This document shows positions 51,369 to 60,643 of a stretch of 64,000 nt of DNA, piece by piece. The number at the start of each line of letters is the position of its first letter. The stretch's first letter is position 1. Source of the DNA: Candidatus Parcubacteria bacterium (lineage in GTDB: Bacteria > Patescibacteriota > Minisyncoccia > Phycocordibacterales > PALSA-1337); the NCBI GenBank assembly GCA_963766795.1, contig CAVYBN010000007.1, forward strand, positions 54,389-118,388, written 5' to 3'. Position numbers and translations under genes: made by a program. The notes beneath the pieces were generated by a model that ran no database searches, was not told the DNA's origin, and worked only from the letters and a program-made list of their open reading frames with translations.

Positions 51369-51779
51369 TCACAGATTGGCTGGGAGCGGCGAGTGGGCCG
51401 GTTTTAAATCGACTGTCGGAACCGAGGCTTTCGAATCGGCCATAATCGGCTTCTGTGCAATCACTTGATTCAAGACAACAAACGGCTTGTGAGTCACACC
51501 TGCATTCGAGGCGGGCGAGGCAGAGCTTCCGAAGAGCCGAGGACTGTCCGAGCGAGCAGAGATCGAAGCCTTTAAAGAAGGGTTTGCGTCAGCCGCGCCT
51601 TCTTTGTCATCCCCGCGAAAGCGGGGATCCAGTGTCTTTGTTGTTTGACCCTGGATTCCCGCTTGCGCCTTCGCTTCGCTTCGGCTTGCGGGAATGACAA
51701 CAACATCCTTCGCGGGACTGCTTCGAATCTCTGCCTTCTTCACCGTCGGCTCATGGAACTTGACTATCCCCTCCTCCAC
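51369..51779 (-). CDS. Pro/Ala/Ser-rich low-complexity protein containing a Family-A element in frame. It overlaps the VirD4-like gene end by 29 nt.
   Basis: VIPASRSEAKAQAGIQGQTTKTLDPRFRGDDK, then S/P/A-rich sequence. Confidence 0.3.
   Translation of the reverse strand: MEEGIVKFHEPTVKKAEIRSSPAKDVVVIPASRSEAKAQAGIQGQTTKTLDPRFRGDDKEGAADANPSLKASISARSDSPRLFGSSASPASNAGVTHKPFVVLNQVIAQKPIMADSKASVPTVDLKPAHSPLPANL
51606..51698. repeat. Family-A palindromic element (a variant with a ~25-bp insert in the right arm)
   Basis: gtcatccccgcgaaagcggggatccag ... ctggattcccgcttgcgccttcgcttcgcttcggcttgcgggaatgac. Confidence 0.8.
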
Positions 51780-53031
51780 TTCTGCGCGCGGCTTCGGAGA
51801 ACTGCTCGCGCGAAGCGGCGATGATGTCCGTGAAATACGACGTGCTCGGATGCGCGATCGGCGGCAGAGTCATGGCCGAGAATGGCGGCGAAGTCAGGCC
51901 GTCGATCATCAGCTTCAGGTATATCTGCGCAAAGCCCAGATTGACCAGATCCTCGATCTCGAACTGCGGCGTGAACTCATTCTCGAGCATCTCCGCGTCG
52001 TTGGCACCGATGCGGAAGAGGATCATCGTGCCGACGTTGCCGAAGACCGCCGGCCGCACGAACTCGTCCATCTGCTCGACGTATTGGTGGGCGATGGTCA
52101 GGTTGAGCTTGTATTTGCGGGCTTCGGACAGGATGTCCGCGAATGACGCGTTGGCGAAGTTCTGGAATTCGTCGACGAACAGATAGAAGTTCGGCAGCAT
52201 CTTCATGACGCGGTCCGGCACGTCGGCGCGCGACATCGCCGCCAGGTATATCTTGGTCACCAGAAGTCCCCCGAGGAGCTTCATGTTCTCGTCGCCGATC
52301 TTGCCCTTGGACAGGTTGATGATCATGATCTTCTTCTTGTCCATGGCCTCGCGGAAATCGAACGACGAATGCGGCTGGCCGATCATGTTCCTGATCAGCG
52401 GGTTGGCCGTGAATTGTCCGACCTTATTCTGGATGGCCGGCACGGCCTCGGCGGCCTGACGCTCGGTGTAGCTGGCGAACTCCTTGGTCCAGAAAGCTTT
52501 CACTGAAGGGTCTTTTATGTATGAGACGATGTCATTCCTGTATGCCTTGTCCGAGAGCATCCTATTCACGCCCAAAAGAGTCGAGCCCGGTGCTTCGAGG
52601 AGCGCCAGGAGAGTATTGGTCAGAATGTATTCCATGCGAGCCGACCAAGCGTCTACCCAGATCTTCTTGAAAGTGCTCATCAGGCCGGAGACGACCAGAT
52701 GGCGCTTGTCGGGATCGATCGATTCGAGGACGTTGAATGAGATCGGGTATTCGGTGTCGAAAGGCGCGATGTAAATGACATCGCGGATGCGGGACTGCGG
52801 CACATATTCCATGAGGAGGTCGGCGGTCTTGCCGTGCGGGTCGATGAAGCACATGCCCTCGCCGTTCTGGATATCCTGGACGGCCATGTTCTCGAGCAAG
52901 GTGGATTTGCCCATGCCGGTCTTGCCGATGACATAGACGTGGCGGGTGCGATCCTTGGCCTTGATGCCGAACTTCACCCGCTTGTTGCGGGCATCCGTCT
53001 CGGCGAAATATGTGATCTTATTCTCGTCCAT
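51751..53031 (-). CDS. Soluble VirD4/TraD/TraG-like (TrwB_AAD_bind or HerA/FtsK-like) P-loop ATPase
   Basis: Walker A VIGKTGMGKST, Walker B LFVDEFQNF, and a coupling-protein-like AHQYVEQM...GNVGTMILFRIG block. No N-terminal TM segment. Confidence 0.65.
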   Translation of the reverse strand: MDENKITYFAETDARNKRVKFGIKAKDRTRHVYVIGKTGMGKSTLLENMAVQDIQNGEGMCFIDPHGKTADLLMEYVPQSRIRDVIYIAPFDTEYPISFNVLESIDPDKRHLVVSGLMSTFKKIWVDAWSARMEYILTNTLLALLEAPGSTLLGVNRMLSDKAYRNDIVSYIKDPSVKAFWTKEFASYTERQAAEAVPAIQNKVGQFTANPLIRNMIGQPHSSFDFREAMDKKKIMIINLSKGKIGDENMKLLGGLLVTKIYLAAMSRADVPDRVMKMLPNFYLFVDEFQNFANASFADILSEARKYKLNLTIAHQYVEQMDEFVRPAVFGNVGTMILFRIGANDAEMLENEFTPQFEIEDLVNLGFAQIYLKLMIDGLTSPPFSAMTLPPIAHPSTSYFTDIIAASREQFSEAARRSGGGDSQVP

Positions 53032-53273
53032 TCGAGGTTATTTTAACATAAAATCGGCCGGAAATGGCATCCACTTAAGTATGGCATAAACAGAAACCCG
53101 CGACTCATTGCTGAGCCGCGGGGCAAATCCGTGAAAGTTTTGAGCTTGCGCTCGCGGTTCTTTCGACCGAGTGGGTATAGCCACTATTCACTTAACGAAG
53201 TCAACATTCATCGTCTTGTGATAAGTTCGGAAATAAACCGCGACATTACTTTCGTACCAATATGGTTTCGTTA

Positions 53274-53561
53274 CTAGAAGTTGCACGCCTGCGACTTGGT
53301 CATCGTAATCATCATCCAAGTGGAGGATGATGCTCTGACCAATATTGACGCGAGACACAGCCGTCGAGAAATCGTGTACTCTTTACCTTTCACAGTGATA
53401 TAGGTGTTAATCCGTCCACTGCTGTGGGAAGTAATAATGACATTCTCAACCACTGCTCCTATTACCTTTGCAAAACCATTCAGCTCCAGGAAGAGCCGTG
53501 GGGGTAAGCGTTTTGTATCTCGAAGAAGACCAAGCCTCATGGGTTTGTTTTTAATTTTCAA
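53274..53561 (-). CDS. Small hypothetical protein (95 aa) in a low-GC island
   Basis: An isolated ORF divergent from 53829..54074. No motif recognised. Confidence 0.3.
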   Translation of the reverse strand: MKIKNKPMRLGLLRDTKRLPPRLFLELNGFAKVIGAVVENVIITSHSSGRINTYITVKGKEYTISRRLCLASILVRASSSTWMMITMTKSQACNF

Positions 53562-53828
53562 GTGGATTTCGCTTTCTTTTGTTGTATATGTTTTATTGTT
53601 GTGTAGTTAAATCTAGCTCTCAAAAGGCAAATTTCACCTTTTTGGAGCCAGATTCATACCGTTCTCAATGACCTTATCTTACTAATTCAAGTATAGCACA
53701 ATTGAGTAAATAAGTCAATACTTTGACGATTTCGTCAAATATGTGTCGTTATGTGGCTCTGTTGAGGCGTAGAAGTGGGGTTTATGATTTTTTGCAAAAG
53801 CGCATATAAATATGCTATCATTCTAGCA
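53562..53828. promoter_or_regulatory. AT-rich divergent intergenic region with a perfect 16-bp palindrome, TTGACGATTTCGTCAA (53723-53738), a candidate operator
   Basis: The palindrome lies ~90 bp upstream of the 53829 start and ~160 bp upstream of the divergent 53561 start. Confidence 0.35.
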
Positions 53829-54074
53829 ATGAACAGCAATCTCCAAAAAGAGCTTGAATATTTTAAGGCGCATCAAGACGAACTCGTAAAACGATACGAG
53901 GGCAAATTCGTCATTATCAAAGACCAGAAAATCGAGGGGGTATATGGCACCGAGATCGAGGCATACACCGAAGCTCAGAAGAGGTTCGAGCTTGGAACAT
54001 TCATGATCCAACAGTGCCTCGCCGGTAAGGAGAGCTATACTCAGTCTTTTCACTCAAGAGTATCATTCCCTTAA
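53829..54074 (+). CDS. Small protein (81 aa), DUF5678-like, a family with unknown function
   Basis: MNSNLQKELEYFKAHQDELVKRYEGKFVIIKDQKIEGVYGTEIEAYTEAQKRFELGTFMIQQC follows the ...Y.GKWV.I.D.KV... E.Y..A.KKF pattern of that family. Confidence 0.4.
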   Translation: MNSNLQKELEYFKAHQDELVKRYEGKFVIIKDQKIEGVYGTEIEAYTEAQKRFELGTFMIQQCLAGKESYTQSFHSRVSFP

Positions 54075-54682
54075 TCGAATATGCATCATGCTTTCGTACC
54101 ATCTGCGCATGATCACAATGTGATGGAGGGCGGGAATAGAGAACAAAGGAGAGCGCTCAAATCTAAAAGACGATAAGCTTTTTGCATGAAAAACTAAACC
54201 CCCGTCCATGTACATCGGCACGGGGCTTTCCGGCATCTTCCAGCGCCGGGTTAATATTATGTGCAAAGAATTGAAACCGGCTAGACCATCATGCGTTGCG
54301 ACCTTCCATTTCCGCCGGCCATTTGCGCAAACACCTGCGAAGAGACCTCCCGGCGCATCGAAAGCCTGATGCCTCCTCCGGATTTTGACTCCAAAACCGC
54401 TTGTGCTTGGAGCCTCGATTGAAGTTCGACCCTCGTTCGCAGCGTCGGCGAAAGCCCTGGGCGATTGCCGTCTTCACGATCGTTCAGTTGACAATCGCTG
54501 GTCCCATCTCCGAATGTTATCTCTTGGCATAAACGTTATAATTCGGTTTCAAATCCCACCGCACCGTCCTGCGATCGAGAAAATGGAGGACATCTGGCAT
54601 CCATGCCAGACGATCTCGACTGCATCAGCGCCATGTAGAATCTATCCGGGGTAGAATCATACAACTTATTGTAAGAATAGCA

Positions 54683-54710
54683 AGCCACTAGCGACTAGGT
54701 GCTAGTGGCT
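54683..54710. terminator. Perfect 10-bp-stem hairpin (agccactagc-gactaggt-gctagtggct) spanning the stop of the DUF4015-like gene
   Basis: The inverted repeat is read directly from the sequence. It lies at the boundary between the low-GC island and the flanking gene. Confidence 0.3.
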
Positions 54711-55897
54711 ACTGTCGCCGGCATCAATTCCGGGATGTTGTAGACGCTTGCCGCGTTCCAGAGCATCCAGCCTGACAGACCGGAATCGTAGACCGCCTGC
54801 TTCTCGGACTCGACCGCGGACGGCGGATACAGAGCCTTGTAATCGAAAGCCTGCAGCCAAGGACGTAACTTGTCCGGCGTCGATGAAGCCGCGACAGCCC
54901 GTTCGACCGCGCGTGTCATGGTGAATCTGACTATGGAATACGGATCAGCGGCCGGATTCGCGTAGCCGTCGAAGCCGTCGATGAAATGAGAAGGATAGAC
55001 CATCTGGTCCACGAAGTCGAAATACGGCAGAGCATCTTCCATGACTTGGCCTATCCCCATGTCGTCGGTATTCACTGTCGTCTGGCCGAATAAGTCGGCG
55101 GAGATCTTTATTCCTGTATGTGAATCGATCGTCGGTTGCAATTGTGAATGTAAGTATGAGAAAAACTCTTTGATGACCGCGACTTTAGTCGTCGAGGCCG
55201 GCAGAGCGAAGTGCGCGTCGGACATGTCTCCGTCTGACGGGAATCGGATGTAGTCGAAATTGATCTCGTCGAAGCCGATCGAGTAAGATTCTTTGGCTAT
55301 AGCTACGATGTAGTCCCAGTAGGGCTTGCTATCGGGGTCGACATAAGACAGTCCGCTCTTGTCCGTCCACGGTCGGCTCGGATGAGACAGGCTGGCCACG
55401 GCAGATTCCGGATGCGCGTTCGAATACAACGGATCCTGAAAAACTGTGATCCGGCCGATCGCGTAGATCCCTTTGTCGTGCAATTCTTGGACGAATTCAG
55501 GCAGATCAATTATGCGACAACCATTGCCTCCGTGAGGCACGGCGACTGAAGTCGAAGCGTATGACACTGTGCCGCTATAATCCTTGATATCGATGACCAT
55601 GGAATTGATCTCGGTGCCAGCCAATTCATTGACGACCTTGTCGCGCAGCTTCGATTCGCTCCCGGTGCAGGCGGTGATATATACGGCCTTGACGGGAATC
55701 GGAGTCGGGATGTGGACAACCGCTGGTTTCACTGGAATGACTGGGGCTTCAATGGCCGCAGCTTTTAAAGCATCACTGGAATCCGCGTAAGAGACGCGGC
55801 TCCAAGCCGGCCAGCTCATTGCCATCGTCATGCCGGCGGAAATCGCTCCTACGGCCAAAATAAGGGCTAGAATAGGCATCAGCCATTTGTTCCGCAT
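54695..55897 (-). CDS. DUF4015-type putative glycoside hydrolase (TIM-barrel, GHL10-like) with an N-terminal signal/anchor
   Basis: MRNKWLMPILALILAVGAISAG signal-like N-terminus. AVYITACTG...INSMVIDIK...IGRITVFQDP...FDEINFDYIRFP matches the conserved blocks of this family. Confidence 0.55.
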   Translation of the reverse strand: MRNKWLMPILALILAVGAISAGMTMAMSWPAWSRVSYADSSDALKAAAIEAPVIPVKPAVVHIPTPIPVKAVYITACTGSESKLRDKVVNELAGTEINSMVIDIKDYSGTVSYASTSVAVPHGGNGCRIIDLPEFVQELHDKGIYAIGRITVFQDPLYSNAHPESAVASLSHPSRPWTDKSGLSYVDPDSKPYWDYIVAIAKESYSIGFDEINFDYIRFPSDGDMSDAHFALPASTTKVAVIKEFFSYLHSQLQPTIDSHTGIKISADLFGQTTVNTDDMGIGQVMEDALPYFDFVDQMVYPSHFIDGFDGYANPAADPYSIVRFTMTRAVERAVAASSTPDKLRPWLQAFDYKALYPPSAVESEKQAVYDSGLSGWMLWNAASVYNIPELMPATVATST

Positions 55898-55901
55898 AGA
55901 T

Positions 55902-56123
55902 TCATTTGGCTGAAACATCAGAAGGAGTGATTTTATGCTCGGCGTAAGACATCGCGGAAGGATCATCCTTGGTTGCATTCACCGGCTTCAATCGATAGGC
56001 CAAGAAAACGACGAGAAGCCCGCTCAAACACGCCAAAACCGGTTTCCAATCAGAGGGAAAGCCCAAGAATGGCAGGACCGCCAACCAGACTCCGAAGACC
56101 ATCAAGACTTGGCGTTGGGACAT
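55902..56123 (-). CDS. Small two-TM membrane protein (73 aa)
   Basis: MVFGVWLAVLPFLGF and LACLSGLLVVFLAY hydrophobic helices. It is packed tightly between neighbours. Confidence 0.4.
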   Translation of the reverse strand: MSQRQVLMVFGVWLAVLPFLGFPSDWKPVLACLSGLLVVFLAYRLKPVNATKDDPSAMSYAEHKITPSDVSAK

Positions 56124-56135
56124 GGGATGATTGTA

Positions 56136-56951
56136 TCACACAGGTCGCACCTGTGTATTCGAAACTATGACCACGAATTCTCCCCTGACTTTATCCGGAC
56201 GCGCTTCGAAGTATGCCTTGATTTCAATTGGCGTGCCAGCCACGACTTCTTCAAATATTTTTGTCAGTTCGCGGCAAATCGTTACCTTCTTAATCGCATT
56301 CTCAAAAGGAACTTTGGCCAGACCTTTGCGATTCTTAGAAGCAGATTTCGAGTGCGTATCAATAGTGGTGGGATCTAAATGCTCATCAATCGCAACCTGA
56401 CCTAAATGCTTTGCAAGCGAATCGAGGGTCTTGATTATTCGGTGCGGCGATTCATAGAAGACCATCGTGCGTTCCGAAGCGGCTATTTCTTTGAAGAGAG
56501 TTTCTCGGCCCTTCTTGTGCGGCAAAAATCCCAGGAATGTTAAGTCTGCGCATGGCACGCCGGCTATCGATAGAGCGGCAGTCAATGCTGACGGACCTGG
56601 CACTGATTCGATCTTGATCGTCCCAGCATTGATTTCAATCGACAATTCACGGCGAATGCGTGCCACCAATTCAGCACCAGGATCGGAGATGCCAGGCGTA
56701 CCGGCGTCTGAAACTAACGCTAAATTTTTTCCTTCCTTTAAGAGGCCGATTATTTCATCGACGCGCGAGAGCTGGCTATGCGTGTGGTACGACAATGTGT
56801 GGACTTTAATGCTATGCCGATCAAGCAGCCGCTTGGTCATGCGAGTGTCTTCGCAGAGAATCACGTCCGCCGATGCTAAGACTTTAAGGGCCCGAAGAGT
56901 TATGTCTTCGAGATTGCCTATGGGCGTGCCGATGATTGAAAGCGTAGCCAT
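56136..56951 (-). CDS. rsmI: 16S rRNA (cytidine1402-2'-O)-methyltransferase RsmI
   Basis: LSIIGTPIGNLEDITLRALKVLASADVILCEDTR ... SDAGTPGISDPG ... tetrapyrrole-methylase fold motifs. A Family-B hairpin overlaps its last codons. Confidence 0.9.
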   Translation of the reverse strand: MATLSIIGTPIGNLEDITLRALKVLASADVILCEDTRMTKRLLDRHSIKVHTLSYHTHSQLSRVDEIIGLLKEGKNLALVSDAGTPGISDPGAELVARIRRELSIEINAGTIKIESVPGPSALTAALSIAGVPCADLTFLGFLPHKKGRETLFKEIAASERTMVFYESPHRIIKTLDSLAKHLGQVAIDEHLDPTTIDTHSKSASKNRKGLAKVPFENAIKKVTICRELTKIFEEVVAGTPIEIKAYFEARPDKVRGEFVVIVSNTQVRPV

Positions 56952-56976
56952 GCGAATACTCTAGCATATCCAGTAG

Positions 56977-57076
56977 GAGCGAGAGAAACATGCCCGTGAA
57001 GGACTTTGCCAACAAAACGAATACCAGGAATATTGGCACGGGGGCACCGTCCTGAATGGGCATGTTTCTCTCGCTC
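56977..57076. repeat. Family-D MITE-like element with 19-bp perfect terminal inverted repeats, intergenic
   Basis: gagcgagagaaacatgccc ... gggcatgtttctctcgctc. Confidence 0.8.
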
Positions 57077-57122
57077 ATGCAGCCTCTGTCTTAGAAATAA
57101 ATCCTGTGGTAAGGTAATATCC

Positions 57123-58490
57123 ATGGAACAGCCGAAACAGACCGTCATATATGTGACCCGCGAGATCGAGCGAGCCATGGGAATGGCCCCGAACGAGCAT
57201 TACCGCATCGTCGCCAACCGCACGCCTTACGGCGAAACCATTAAAAAGCAATACCCCGATTTCGTCACGCTCGTCGAAAGCCCGACGCCCAAGCTCCTTG
57301 GCACCGGCGAACTTCTGGACCATCCAAAAACTGCCGCTGTCTATGAAGAGATCGCTAATTCTTTTATCACCCCCGCGAAGGCAACGGTCCAGGATCGATC
57401 TGCTGATTCTCCTGTCATCCCCGCGAAAGCGGGGATCCAGGGTCAGACCACTGGAAATGGTAATACACTGGATTCCCGTTTTCACGGGAATGACAAAACG
57501 ATTCCCAATTTCCTCGTCTTCAAGAACACCGCGCGCATCGAGCCGATTGCGCACGCGCACGGCTGGAAGCTCGTGAATCCTCTGGCGTCGCTCTCGGAGC
57601 AAGTCGAGAACAAGATCAGCCAAGTCGCGTGGCTCGAAAATTCAGCCGAATACTATCTGCCGAAGCATCAGGTAGGACCGCTCAAGAGGATGACTTGGAC
57701 CGGCGAGCCCTTCGTCCTCCAATGGGGCCACGGTCACACCGGCGACGGCACCATCCTCGTCAATTCGCAGGCAGAGCTCGACAAGTGGAAGGCGCGATTC
57801 CCCTATCGCATGACGCGCGTGAGCGCTCTCGTGAGCGGCCCTTCATTCACGGTCAACGCACTGGTCGCCGGCGACGATGTCCTCATCGGCAACCCGAGCT
57901 ATCAGATCACCGGCATGGCGCCGTTCACCGACAGCCGCTTCGCCACCGTCGGCAATGACTGGAGCGCGGTCCGCAACATCCTCTCCGAAGCCGAGCTGCG
58001 TTCGATCGAGAATCTGGCCAAAGACATCGGCATGCGTCTCAAAGACAGCGGTTGGCGCGGCCTCTATGGCGTGGACATCATGCGCGACGACGAACGCGGC
58101 CGTATCTTCCTCATCGAAGTCAATGCCCGCCAGCCCGCTTCCACGCCTTTCGAGTCATTCTTACAGGAATCAGAGCGCGTCAAGGGAGCTGCCGGTTTGA
58201 CAATATTTGAAGCTCATTTGAAGGCCTTGCTCGGCGAAGCCATCACCGAACCTTTGATCAAGATCAAAGACGGTTCGCAGATCATCCAGCGCGTCACCAA
58301 TGCCGTCAGGTCAGTGCCTGCCAACGCAGCCAGTGCTCTTGAATCAGCCGGCTATCAAGTCGTTTCTTACGCCAACACTGAACTGAACGCCGACCTCCTG
58401 CGCATTCAGTCCATGAATGGCATCATGGCTGGACATGATGTGTTCAATGAGAAAGGAAAGGAGATCGTCAAGATCGTTTCAAGTAAATAA
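57123..58490 (+). CDS. ATP-grasp family ligase with an in-frame Family-A insertion near the N-terminus
   Basis: RIFLIEVNARQP(A) is the ATP-grasp C-terminal catalytic motif. Insertion VIPAKAGIQGQTTGNGNTLDSRFHGNDK. The start is reassigned from 57006 to the ATG at 57123 because the upstream codons lie in the Family-D element. Confidence 0.65.
   Translation: MEQPKQTVIYVTREIERAMGMAPNEHYRIVANRTPYGETIKKQYPDFVTLVESPTPKLLGTGELLDHPKTAAVYEEIANSFITPAKATVQDRSADSPVIPAKAGIQGQTTGNGNTLDSRFHGNDKTIPNFLVFKNTARIEPIAHAHGWKLVNPLASLSEQVENKISQVAWLENSAEYYLPKHQVGPLKRMTWTGEPFVLQWGHGHTGDGTILVNSQAELDKWKARFPYRMTRVSALVSGPSFTVNALVAGDDVLIGNPSYQITGMAPFTDSRFATVGNDWSAVRNILSEAELRSIENLAKDIGMRLKDSGWRGLYGVDIMRDDERGRIFLIEVNARQPASTPFESFLQESERVKGAAGLTIFEAHLKALLGEAITEPLIKIKDGSQIIQRVTNAVRSVPANAASALESAGYQVVSYANTELNADLLRIQSMNGIMAGHDVFNEKGKEIVKIVSSK
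57368..57494. repeat. Family-A palindromic element with an extra partial left arm (57368-57395)
   Basis: cacccccgcgaaggcaacggtccagg...gtcatccccgcgaaagcggggatccag ... ctggattcccgttttcacgggaatgac. Confidence 0.85.
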
Positions 58491-58559
58491 AGCCATTCTT
58501 CATTCGCAGATTCGCCATTCGTAGCATTCGCATTGGATTCGTAGATTAGCATTATATAT

Positions 58560-59393
58560 ATGAACACCAAGACCCTCACACCGCGCGCTCTGTCAGTCAT
58601 CGACCAGTACCTTCATTTCAAGGTCGGCGCCGGCCTGTCTGCCGGCAGACAGGCCGTCTGCTCCGTTCCCTATTTCAATAACAAGACGGTCAGAGCCAGA
58701 GCTTCGCTTCGCGCCGAGATCGGCAAGGGCAGTCCCAAGGATATTTACGACGAGGCGCAAGCCATGCTAATCAAACAACATGTTTCGATCGACACACTTG
58801 CCGATGAATCATTGAAAAAGATGCTCGCTGATAATAACATCGGCATCGATTGTTCAGGTTTCGCTTATTATGTCCTCAATGCTGAAAGCGCTGAAGCTGG
58901 CAAAGGGCCGCTTGATAAGCACATCTCATTCGTTAATTGCAAAGGGATCCTCGGCAAGATGCGCGCAAAGTTCAGGCCGGCCGAGAATTGCGACGTCACT
59001 ACGCTCGCAGACGATAAGAACAGCCGGATCATTCCTTTAAATGAAACTTCACCTGGAGACATTGTCACTATGATTGGCGATCAATCGTCCTCTCCTCTAA
59101 TCTCCAATCTCCAATCTCCAATCTCTAGTGAACGTGATCATATTTTAATCATCCACCAAGTCGACTATCAGAACTTCTCGGCCTTCAAGCTCTATTATTC
59201 GCACGCTGTCGCTTATCCCGAGGATGGGCTTTATGGCAGCGGAGTAAAGCAAGGAACCGTTGAGATCACTGACTCCAAGAAAACGTTAACCGAGCAGGAA
59301 TGGATCGAGAACGGCAAGAGCGGCGATGCCAACCGCATCTATTTGCGTGCATTGAAATCGAAGACGGAATTACGTCGTTTGAAGTGGCTCTAA
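58560..59393 (+). CDS. NlpC/P60 (C40)-like cysteine peptidase candidate
   Basis: GIDCSGFAYYVLN (catalytic-Cys context), PGDIVTM and HILIIHQV (His) in Cys...His order. It contains a (ctccaat)n microsatellite-encoded SPLISNLQSPISS. Confidence 0.45.
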   Translation: MNTKTLTPRALSVIDQYLHFKVGAGLSAGRQAVCSVPYFNNKTVRARASLRAEIGKGSPKDIYDEAQAMLIKQHVSIDTLADESLKKMLADNNIGIDCSGFAYYVLNAESAEAGKGPLDKHISFVNCKGILGKMRAKFRPAENCDVTTLADDKNSRIIPLNETSPGDIVTMIGDQSSSPLISNLQSPISSERDHILIIHQVDYQNFSAFKLYYSHAVAYPEDGLYGSGVKQGTVEITDSKKTLTEQEWIENGKSGDANRIYLRALKSKTELRRLKWL

Positions 59394-59414
59394 CATCGTG
59401 GTATTGTTTGAGGA

Positions 59415-60542
59415 ATGATAAGCATCCTCCAAGGCACGGCCGACCTGGCCTATATCCTCGGTTTTGCGCTGGTCGGCGCCGTCATAGCTTTCCTGTGGGC
59501 GCCGCTCCTTACCAAAGCACTGTACCGATTCAAGGTCATCAAAGCTCCCAAGACCGAGCTTGTGGCCCTCGGTTCGCAGGCATACAAAGCCAACACGCCG
59601 GTCATGGGCGGCTTGCTCGTCATCATCACGGTCGCGCTCGTCACCTACCTCTTCAACTGGTCGCGCTCATTCACGTACGTGCCGATCGGCGTGATGCTCA
59701 TCTCCGCGGCTTTGGGCGCCGTCGACGACCTCATGAATGTCTACGGCGTCGAACGGCGTTCGCGCAAATTCGGCCATGTCCTGACGCTTATCCGAGTCCA
59801 TCATGACTGGAAGATGCGCGTCTGGTACGCGCTCACCCTGCCCTGGACGGCTTTCAAGCGCCTGTCGGTCTGGTTCGGCTCGCGGCCCGGCAAGGGCGTC
59901 TTCGTGCATGAGAAGCTCATCCTGCAATTCATCGCCGGAGCCATCACCGCCTGGTGGGTCTACGAGAAGCTCGGGCCGGCCTGGCACTTCATCTACTTCT
60001 CGTTCGGCTACTCCGTCAATGCCGGCTGGCTGATCGTGCCGATCATGGTCCTGGTCGTGATGTTCACCGCTAATGCCGTCAATATCGCCGATGGCATGGA
60101 CGGCCTCTCCGGCGGCATGCTCATCACCACCTTCAGCGCGCTCACATTCCTGTCATGGATCAACGGCTTCGGCGAGATCGCCATCCTGAATGCCACCACA
60201 GTGGGCGCTCTGGCGGCTTACACCTATTTCAACATCAAGCCGGCGCGCTTCATGATGGGCGACATTGGCTCACTGGGCCTTGGTGCGCTCCTGGCTGTGA
60301 ATGCCCTAGCCATCGGCGAGCTAGGCTCGCTCTTCTTCTTGGGCTTCATGTTCTATATCGAGGCCTTTTCGGTCATCATCCAGGTCGGCTCGCGCTACGC
60401 ATTCGGCCGCAAGGTCTTCCGCATGGCGCCTCTTCATCACCACTTCGAGCTCAAAGGCTGGAGCGAGGAGAAGACCGTCATGCGCTTCTGGGTCATCCAT
60501 TTCATCTTCGTGGTCTTCGGATTCTGGTTGGCGCTCCACTAA
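59415..60542 (+). CDS. mraY: Phospho-N-acetylmuramoyl-pentapeptide transferase MraY
   Basis: NTPVMGGLLVI, AVDDLMNV, NAVNIADGMDGL, FMGDIGSLGLGALLA and PLHHHFEL conserved MraY blocks. Ten TM helices. Confidence 0.85.
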   Translation: MISILQGTADLAYILGFALVGAVIAFLWAPLLTKALYRFKVIKAPKTELVALGSQAYKANTPVMGGLLVIITVALVTYLFNWSRSFTYVPIGVMLISAALGAVDDLMNVYGVERRSRKFGHVLTLIRVHHDWKMRVWYALTLPWTAFKRLSVWFGSRPGKGVFVHEKLILQFIAGAITAWWVYEKLGPAWHFIYFSFGYSVNAGWLIVPIMVLVVMFTANAVNIADGMDGLSGGMLITTFSALTFLSWINGFGEIAILNATTVGALAAYTYFNIKPARFMMGDIGSLGLGALLAVNALAIGELGSLFFLGFMFYIEAFSVIIQVGSRYAFGRKVFRMAPLHHHFELKGWSEEKTVMRFWVIHFIFVVFGFWLALH

Positions 60543-60643
60543 AAGTATAAAGGTATAAAAGAAGAAAGGTATAAAGGTATAATCGCAACATCGCTTCTCG
60601 CATACTTTTATACTTAAATACCTTAATACTTTTATACTTATTC

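Noticed and set aside
54541-54570. A possible tRNA 3' end (ggtttcaaatcccacc) in the low-GC island
   Set aside because: The flanking sequence cannot be folded into a T-stem/acceptor-stem cloverleaf on either strand. There is no CCA or matching 5' acceptor strand.
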